DNA of 64,000 nt from Octopus bimaculoides (lineage: Eukaryota), in NCBI RefSeq assembly GCF_001194135.2, contig NC_068981.1:48983531-49047530 (forward strand), written 5' to 3'. Shown piece after piece: positions 54,902-64,000 of the stretch. Each line of letters starts with the position of its first letter. Position 1 is the stretch's first letter. The notes below the pieces were generated by a model, which saw only the letters and a program-made list of their open reading frames with translations, ran no database searches and had not been told where the DNA came from. Both the position numbers and the translations under genes were made by a program.

Positions 54902-55160
54902 AGGACGTCACCAACAGGAAACAATATGAATTACAAAAACAAATAAATTCAAAACGCAAACAACGAGAGAAACAAGTGGAAAACAGTACAAGTGACGCAA
55001 AAAGTCTTCATAGGTTGTCGGCTGTCTACCTACTCTTCATTTCGAGCACTGAATGACAATATGAGTCTTCGAAGACAGTTGCGCCCATGAGTACGAAAAT
55101 AAAATTTGGGATTAATGGAGGGTCAATGTTGGGAACAAAAACAGGACAGTGGAGACAAAA
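54902..55160 (+). mobile_element. Third copy of the repeat that forms the 18248-19290 foldback
   Basis: GGACGTCACCAA...CAAACAACGAGAGAAAC..GGAAAACAG..GTTGTCGGCTGTCTACCTACTCTTCATTTCGAGCA. Confidence 0.85.
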
Positions 55161-57680
55161 AGTGTGTTTATGCACGTACATATTATCGAAGGCCTTGAGT
55201 GTAGTTTTAATCGTACAGCGTCCACAATGAGCCTCCACTTATCAATTCTACATAAATGATTAAATTGCATTCATTTTTCTGTATATATACAGACAAAATA
55301 AATTTCTGTATTCTGAAAATCTATATGAATATCGTTATATGCGTTGTAATCAATCCCACATCAGCAATGTGGGAGTGAACTTTCTCAATTTTATTAGAAC
55401 AAGAATTATAATACATTTCTCATCGATATGTCTTATCCCAAATAGAAGTCAGGTGCCACAACATGGATTATAGCAGATGGTGGTATCTAAAGATTAGTAT
55501 CGTTGTACCGAATGCAAATTGATGAGATGTTTGAGTTATCTTTCCTAAAATGAATGTATTTGGGAAATTAAAATGCAATTATGCAAAATAATATCACATC
55601 CTATAGCATATTAGAAAAAAGGTTTCATAATTAGTCATTCCTACACCTGTTCACAAGCATACCGACATTCTCATGCTTCAGAGTCATTTGTCACGAAATG
55701 ATTACTCATTTGAAAACACTCATAATTCATAAACAATAAATTGGTATCAATGTACTGGTAAAAGGATATGAAAAGATATATCCAGTAAGCATTAAAGTTA
55801 GCCCATCTTAATTGTAAGAGTTATGTTGTTGCTGTTTTTGTTATGTACCCTCCCGCTATGTCAGCCGAAGATATTTTAAAATCGACTGTATTAGACAGTC
55901 ATGAGAACTAAGGTAAAGTATTAAATATTTGACAGCATTTTGGACTTGGTTTTGCATTTGGAATGCAATTTCTAGTAATTTTCCGTTGAAGTTCATAGTC
56001 TGGAATCAATAAGAAGAATCAGATATTCATTTGAGACGATTACGCTTCTCTCTAACGAATATGTAGCATTACATGAAAAAGTAATCAATATAAGTTTAAT
56101 ATCTAGATTAACCGGAAATCAATGATGCATTTGAGACGGTAGATGAATTAATTAGATATATTTTTTACCCTAATAGAATCTGAATATCCAAAGTGTTGTG
56201 GCCGATTTTGGTTCTCACATCACACATTTGTAAACACACCGTTAATCTATTCGATTAACAGTCCCCAAATAATGGGTGTATTGTGCAGACTAGGGTAAAG
56301 CTACTTTAGGATTAATGTACATTATCAAATTTAGGGTATAATAAGTTATGCGATGTCTCCCTATATTTTTACAAAATTTCTTCGGGTCAATTGCATGGAT
56401 CACAAAAATAAGTCTTTTCGATATGGAACTCAGCAATTTCAGAGAGTACTGAGTCGATCTTAATAATTAAAACTCTATAAATATCAGGTTAGTATTATAA
56501 CTGCGATATGCTAAAATATGCCAAGTATTAACGTATTTTGATGGCATTCAGTCGTATGTGATATCAATTAACTTATGTTTTGCCATTATAATTTGCAAAT
56601 ATTTCTTTTTGCACAAGGATTTCCGATTAAGTTCTTGTAATTCACCACCGTATTTTGCCTAAAGTTCATATGCTTTTTAAAATAATTTCTTGTAATTTCA
56701 TATCGAAACAAAATTAAAATTATGTATATTTTATTTTTCTTTGTTTTCAATTGGTAGTTGTTTCCAGTAATGTATCATCTAACTTGAACAAAGCAAGAAA
56801 AACTGAAATCAATATTAAATTTGTATTCCAAATCTCACACTATCTTGGAGCATCTTTCACGCGCAGTTTATTTATCGATAACTGAAATTTCTTCAACATA
56901 CAATATAAGTTGTCGAAATCATTTAAAATACGTGTCAAAACTACAATTAAATTAATTGAAAGCTCCGAATTTTAGAATATAACCTCAGGTTTATAATGCT
57001 CTACGTGAAAAATACAAAAGCAGCCTCCTATTCAAATATTCAAATTAATTTTTTTTGTGAAATATTCAACTAAACGGTAACATTTGGAGCACAACACGTG
57101 AAACTAAATTATCTAGCATCGTCTCCTAATCTAGCTTCTGATTTATTTATTTTTTCGCGTATATATATTATTGGCTTAAAGATACCATATCTCAAGTAAA
57201 ATATTGTCCCCCAAATGTAGATATGCGGAAATGGTTAAAAAAAAACAAAAGTAATTTTATATTTTATAATTTTCTTTAATCATTGTAGATTTCTGTAAAA
57301 TTTTGCCAGCTATTCTCACTGTGTAATTGTGAAGATAGTTCCTTAACATTAGATTTATAAATATCATACAAAGTTATATACATATATATATATATANNNN
57401 NNNNNNNNNNNNNNNNNNNNNNNNNNNNNNNNNNNNNNNNNNNNNNNNNNNNNNNNNNNNNNNNNNNNNNNNNNNNNNNNNNNNNNNNNNNNNNNNNNNN
57501 NNNNNNNNNNNNNNNNNNNNNNNNNNNNNNNNNNNNNNNNNNNNNNNNNNNNNNNNNNNNNNNNNNNNNNNNNNNNNNNNNNNNNNNNNNNNNNNNNNNN
57601 NNNNNNNNNNNNNNNNNNNNNNNNNNNNNNNNNNNNNNNNNNNNNNNNATATATATATATATATATATATAACTATATGT

Positions 57681-57925
57681 TTGAGACTGAGGTTTGCTGA
57701 ACAGTCTCATCGTCATTCAGAGTTGATACTGCACTCAGTGTTCCTCCAGGAATCCCTACACGGAAACACTAGAAGAGAGAGACCGAGGCTGACATATATT
57801 GATGCCCTAAAGACAGACTGGTCTCTCGTGACACACGACATGGCAGCAATGATGAGAGAGAAATGCCACTGGAAACAACTCATCCATGGATCTCGGGAAT
57901 TTTGCCCACCGAAGATAGATCGATA
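57681..57925 (+). mobile_element. 3' end of an RTE-like LINE ORF
   Basis: RLRFAEQSHR...ESLHGNTRRERPRLTYIDALKTD...MREKCHWK resembles the RLRFAGHxxR / GxRxRGRPxxTYID / MxDRxxW C-terminus; followed by a short GATA-type tail. Confidence 0.72.
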
Positions 57926-59243
57926 CATGTGTGTAGATATGTATGTATCTACGTGTGTGAAATATGTGTGTATGTGTGCGTGAGTGTGTGTGTGTGCGTG
58001 CCCTTATATGTTTGTACGTTAGAGAATTGTTCAAAATGTCTTACGGTTTAATCTCCGGTGTATGTCAGCCGAATTCTAGAGATCCTCTGTTAGAAACAAC
58101 GGTGATGTAGAGCGAAGTATGTAAATACATGTCGGGATGCGTGATCTACAGTGAGTGATGGCAGTATGACGGAAGCCTAACATCTGTGTTTATACGCTCA
58201 TGTTGGAATCACTGAGTTTTCATATCAATTATACCAACTTACAAATCATTTTACATCCATCTTATGATTCACTCAGTTGCTACTTCGTGTATTTCAATAT
58301 GAGAGGTCTTGAAGTATGTTCCTAATTTGCCAACCCGTTATATTTCTCGGGTAAATAATTCGAAATAGCATAACACAAAGAAGAGCAATGCGAATGTTCA
58401 ACTACTAATCTGTAATAGTAAAGTTCATGTAGAAACACTTACGCAGAGTAACCACCATTATATCGTATATATTAAAATACATTTTCAATAATATAAACGT
58501 TTGTCTCAAGGAACGAAAATTAATATATTTAAATGCTTCTAAATGACATGCATATTCATACGCCTAGACAAACATGCCAAGCAATCAATGAGCCTGATAG
58601 TTCGCACATACAGATTAGCATGTTACTAAAGATGACCTGTATAAAATGAATAATCCAAGCTGTTACTTGTTCCCTGATATTTATCCAACTCATTTATTCA
58701 TTTTGTCATATGATTTTGCTGTACAATAAATTTATATCTTGTTGAGCTGCAGATGTTTCAACAGTAACGAATATATATGCATATGTGGTCAGTTGTAGCT
58801 TGACATAGGATATATTACTACATTGAAGTTTTTGCTGCGTGAAATATGTGAAATTTTGTTATCATTGAACAGTGATCATGTTGACGTACCAACAAATTCA
58901 TAATTAACAGCAGCATTGGTATTCTATACTCTTAAAACTGAGGTTAAACGATGTATATGCTTACTGCATCTGATATGAAATTTATAAATTATAAGCATCA
59001 ATGAAGATTGTTATATTAGTTATTCATTGATGCAAAGACAATATATTTTAGTAGAAATCCAGCTGCATGTTGGCGTTCCTCTCATTTTATATATATATTT
59101 ATTTTTGTGATCCATTGCTTTTAACAGAAAAAATCACAGACATTTTTCTGAAATCAGCAATCTCTGGCATTGCATACACGCTCACACGCACGTGCACGAC
59201 ACACACATACCCGCACACGCACGCACGTACACACGCACTTATG

Positions 59244-59294
<51 letters not shown>

Positions 59295-59297
59295 CAA

Positions 59298-59625
59298 TTG
59301 TGAGGTGCAATAGCCCAGTGATTAGGGCAGCGGACTCGCGGTTTCAGTTTCCGGACAGAGCGTTGTGAGTGTTTATTGAGCGAAAACACCTAAAGCTACA
59401 CGAGGCTCTGTCAGTGTATGTGGGGAGGGGGCGTACCTGCTGTATTCTTTTTGTAGTACCTGCATTTCAATGGGCCATGCTTGTCACACTCTATGTCACG
59501 CTGAATCTCCCCGAGAACTACGTTAAGTGTACACGTGTCTGTTCAGCCACTTGCACTTTAATTTCGCGAGCAGGCTGTTCCGATGATCGGATCAACTGGA
59601 ACACATGACTTCGTAAACGACTTAG
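59298..59625 (+). mobile_element. tRNA-derived SINE family C with head and central domain
   Basis: Head GGTGCAATAGCCCAGTGATTAGGGCAGCGGACTC..GGTTTCAGTTTCC; shares a segment with 45843. Confidence 0.8.
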
Positions 59626-60703
59626 TGTCACAATATTCAATAAATGTGATTGAGGTACTCATATACAGTATGCAATGACTTTGCAGGTTCCACTGAATGT
59701 AATGAAATGCTTGTTAAAATATTTAAGGAAATTATTGGGTCCAGAGTGGATATTCACTTCCGACATACAAATAGGAAAAAATAATATACAGCTGCGTGTA
59801 ATTGTTGTAACTTCACCTACGTGACAAAAATATCAACTTTCTCTCACGTAACAATTTCCCATTATTTGTAAAATACATTTTTCTATGTTTAAAGGTGTCT
59901 ACAGCTCATATTGATGTATGTTCAAACATCGCTAATGGTTATTTTATTAGATATACCACTATCGACGTCGCTGATGGAGAACTTCAGAGTGTATGATAAA
60001 ATTCTAATCTTTCTAATTGACACGGTACAATTCTTAAAAAATTGTTCATCAATATTAAAAGATAAGCTACAAAGGAAAAACATTTTACACACATTATCTT
60101 GAGGTTTCAAATGGAATGTCATGTAGTTTATATATAAAACTGGACTACAACAGATTTGTTGAGTTCTCAGTCACATCCCTATTAAGATGTGTGATAAAGT
60201 ATCAGACAAAATATATAAATAAATACGGCGTTGAAAGTTGACGTCCAGAAATACTAAAAGTTTCTAGTAATACATTAATTGCATCTTTTATGACATCATG
60301 ACAGTGATTAGGAAATGTTTCCACTTCTTTATATACGAAAGTATAGATAAATGATTCAAGCTATGTGGAGAAAGCAATTGTTTATATATATACACAATTT
60401 TACTCAGAAATGAAACGCAAGAGGAAGTGAGGTGTCCTTTTAAGTAAACTAATCCATAATAATAAGCATATTTGGCATACTCTGGCTAATCCGTAATAAA
60501 AACATCAAATATCTTCAACAGACAAGTTAAATCTATTACGCACGAAATACGTTTATGTTGGATTCAGGAAATTTACTGTATCAAATAGAGGTGACATATA
60601 ACAGAAGATATTAAAGTCTCAGTACACAGTGGTCTATTGAATATAAAATAGGCATACACAAAAATACCATCCACGTATATTAATATATTCATAAATACAC
60701 ATA

Positions 60704-60775
<72 letters not shown>

Positions 60776-61989
60776 NNNNNNNNNNNNNNNNNNNNNNNNN
60801 NNNNNNNNNNNNNNNNNNNNNNNNNNNNNNNNNNNNNNNNNNNNNNNNNNNNNNNNNNNNNNNNNNNNNNNNNNNNNNNNNNNNNNNNNNNNNNNNNNNN
60901 NNNNNNNNNNNNNNNNNNNNNNNNNNNNNNNNNNNNNNNNNNNNNNNNNNNNNNNNNNNNNNNNNNNNNNNNNNNNNNNNNNNNNNNNNNNNNNNNNNNN
61001 NNNNNNNNNNNNNNNNNNNNNNNNNNNNNNNNNNNNNNNNNNNNNNNNNNNNNNNNNNNNNNNNNNNNNNNNNNNNNNNNNNNNNNNNNNNNNNNNNNNN
61101 TATATATATATGCGTGTGTGCGTGTGTGTATGTGTATATATACACGCGCGTACGCATTTCTCTATGTATGCATGTCTGTGTCTGTGCATGTGTAAGAATG
61201 TGTTTGTGTGTGTGAAAATTGCAGACCTTGTATGCAATTACTGTGAGATTTTCACTATTGCAATGCGTTACACATTGCGTGGTTACCAAAATGAGATTTT
61301 GTTTTGGTACTTTTTTCTGTAGAATCACTATTGCAAAACCTGTGTTATGCTCTTTATAGCGGAAGATATTCTTTGACACGTTTGTTGTGAATTTTTATCA
61401 TAATGTGAGGCATTAAGAATGTTTGAGTGTGTTGTTTAAACTTCACATTACGCACACATCGCACTGTCTTTACTAAGTGGTGCTTGATCAGTAAATTTCT
61501 GTTTGTTTTCTTGTGAGCCTCCACCAAGTTTCATATTTTATAGATTCAAGATTTCTTTATCAATTAGTCGGATACGACTCGTTTATGCATGTTGTATCAG
61601 TACATTTCTATTGCGTAAATTCGCAAGTCAATTTCACACCATTAAGAAATTCTGTGGCAGCCTCGCTTGGGTTGTTTCCTATAGCGGTTTGTAAGCGGAA
61701 ATGTGCCTACATTTCACTTGCGTCTCAGGAACGTAGCAGCGAAGCATATAGTGTTATTGGATCGCAACTTAATATAAGCTAGACTGATTGGGTGCTATAG
61801 TATTAGATAGAGTTTATATTTGGAAGTTTGCTACTGCCTAAATTTACTGAGGCAGGAGCAAGTTCGCTTTGAAGATCACTTGGACAATCACAAATTAGGT
61901 TCTTAAAATGTATAGCTGAAGAGAAAGTGTAATTCTTTTTATATGCCTAATTTCTGTAACAGCTACATATATACGTCCACATATGTATC

Positions 61990-62094
61990 TGTCCATCCAT
62001 CCGTCCATCCATCCGTCCATCCTCCCATCCATCCATACATACATACACGCATACATACATACATACATACATACACATGCACGCACACACATAG

Positions 62095-62155
<61 letters not shown>
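61990..62155. repeat. Compound (CCAT)(CATA)(CA)(AT) microsatellite
   Basis: Directly visible. Confidence 0.95.
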
Positions 62156-62951
62156 NNNNNNNNNNNNNNNNNNNNNNNNNNNNNNNNNNNNNNNNNNNNN
62201 NNNNNNNNNNNNNNNNNNNNNNNNNNNNNNNNNNNNNNNNNNNNNNNNNNNNNNNNNNNNNNNNNNNNNNNNNNNNNNNNNNNNNNNNNNNNNNNNNNNN
62301 NNNNNNNNNNNNNNNNNNNNNNNNNNNNNNNNNNNNNNNNNNNNNNNNNNNNNNNNNNNNNNNNNNNNNNNNNNNNNNNNNNNNNNNNNNNNNNNNNNNN
62401 NNNNNNNNNNNNNNNNNNNNNNNNNNNNNNNNNNNNNNNNNNNNNNNNNNNNNNNNNNNNNNNNNNNNNNNNNNNNNNNNNNNNNNNNNNNNNNNNNNNN
62501 NNNNNNNNNNNNNNNNNNNNNNNNNNNNNNNNNNNNNNNNNNNNNNNNNNNNNNNNNNNNNNNNNNNNNNNNNNNNNNNNNNNNNNNNNNNNNNNNNNNN
62601 NNNNNNNNNNNNNNNNNNNNNNNNNNNNNNNNNNNNNNNNNNNNNNNNNNNNNNNNNNNNNNNNNNNNNNNNNNNNNNNNNNNNNNNNNNNNNNNNNNNN
62701 NNNNNNNNNNNNNNNNNNNNNNNNNNNNNNNNNNNNNNNNNNNNNNNNNNNNNNNNNNNNNNNNNNNNNNNNNNNNNNNNNNNNNNNNNNNNNNNNNNNN
62801 NNNNNNNNNNNNNNNNNNNNNNNNNNNNNNNNNNNNNNNNNNNNNNNNNNNNNNNNNNNNNNNNNNNNNNNNNNNNNNNNNNNNNNNNNNNNNNNNNNNN
62901 NNNNNNNNNNNNNNNNNNNNNNNNNNNNNNNNNNNNNNNNNNNNNNNNNNN

Positions 62952-62987
<36 letters not shown>

Positions 62988-63039
62988 ATAACTATAGAAC
63001 ATTGACTCCCACGTCGTCCATTTGTTTATAGTGATCAAA

Positions 63040-63243
63040 TATTTGTGAACGCATAAGCTCCCTCCATCCATCAAATCGACATTACCTGTACAGGTGCACT
63101 GTGTGCTACATGTCAGATGACGAAATGATCGCAGAGCAACTTGAAATGAAGTGCTTTGCTCAAGTACACCATGCGACCCCCGGTGTGGGAATCGAAACCA
63201 CGATTTCTCAATCGTGAGTGCATCACCCTAAGCACTAAGCCAT
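63040..63243 (-). mobile_element. tRNA-derived SINE (family D)
   Basis: Minus strand TATGGCTTAGTGCTTAGGGTG (A-box-like)...GGTTTCGATTCCC (B-box-like), then a non-tRNA body CTTGAGCAAAGCACTTCATTTC. Confidence 0.78.
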
Positions 63244-64000
63244 ATAAATAAATGAATAAATACACACACACATATACTTCAGAATGACAGTTAATATTTC
63301 CGCAAATTAAAGTAGAAGTCATGTTCTATATAAGCACAAGTGCTTGCGGCTTGCTAGTGCCTTGTAAACCTTTTGGCAAATGCAGCAAAATTGTGCACTC
63401 ATATAATACGTGCTTGTGAATTTATTCACTACATGCTTGTGGATCATTTACAATACATTGCTTCGTGCACAAAAACACAATGACAGGTAAGGTATTCACT
63501 AAAACGGGTGATTTCTGTCAGAGTACATTCATGCCTGTACAGAGTATGCGCTAATGTTTGAGTCGGATTCATTGAAATGTGGAAAAGCAGGAATGTTGCC
63601 AGAAGGTCCGTTCTGATGCTTTGTTTTACCTATAAGGAAAGTGAATATAGCATCGGTATTTTACTTTCTGTCTCTATCTCTATCTCTCTATTTCTCTCTC
63701 TCTCTCCCTCCCTCTCTCTCTCTATCTATCTATCTTTGTAACTAACTACAGATATGGTGGTTGTCTACTCCTTATGCAGAGTTTGACACCTCTGTACCAA
63801 CACCTTAGCATCATAATGACGTTTGATGTGCCTTCTTAAAACAGCCATACACAGACACACACATGTATATATATACATATATATATATATATTTATTTAT
63901 TTATTTGTTTATATATAATTATAAGTACGGGGCTCTGTGTATACGCAACTACGTTTGTGCTAAGTCGAGCGTGATGTCTGCGTAATTTAAATGCCTAACA

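Noticed and set aside
45741-59608. Two ORFs sharing MFIERKHLKLHEAL
   Set aside because: The shared peptide comes from two copies of SINE family C, not from paralogous genes.
625-63074. Long ORFs rich in YI, CV, HT, LS, poly-L/T/V or X
   Set aside because: They are translations of microsatellites and N gaps, not genes.
59298-63243. tRNA-like heads (also 2356, 25570, 37647)
   Set aside because: A and B boxes are present, but there is no complete cloverleaf and they run into SINE bodies.

Overview
This is AT-rich eukaryotic non-coding DNA, either intronic or intergenic, with many N gaps next to microsatellites. The SINE families and microsatellite load suggest an octopus or other coleoid cephalopod genome (inference). 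I could not identify any intact protein-coding gene, tRNA, rRNA or CRISPR array, and almost all ORFs in the track are microsatellite or gap artefacts. Recognisable content: a decayed mariner transposase (1-680), a Penelope-like element 3' fragment with a GIY-YIG endonuclease and an inverted terminal copy (about 49065-50185), two RTE-clade LINE fragments (54044-54521 minus; 57681-57925 plus), about 14 tRNA-derived SINE copies or fragments, a 25-bp minisatellite and many microsatellites. The most interesting signal is RNA-level. Two tandem minimal type I hammerhead ribozymes lie on the minus strand (27090-27131 and 27404-27445), with a compensated U3-A8 core, a GUC cleavage site and a palindromic stem III, capped by a 53-bp inverted repeat. 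This looks like a retrozyme or Penelope-derived self-cleaving unit. A further hammerhead-like motif sits in a foldback at 42157-42444, and fold-back geometry occurs four times in the window. There are also three standalone hairpins, one a perfect 31-bp stem, and a few possible isolated exons.
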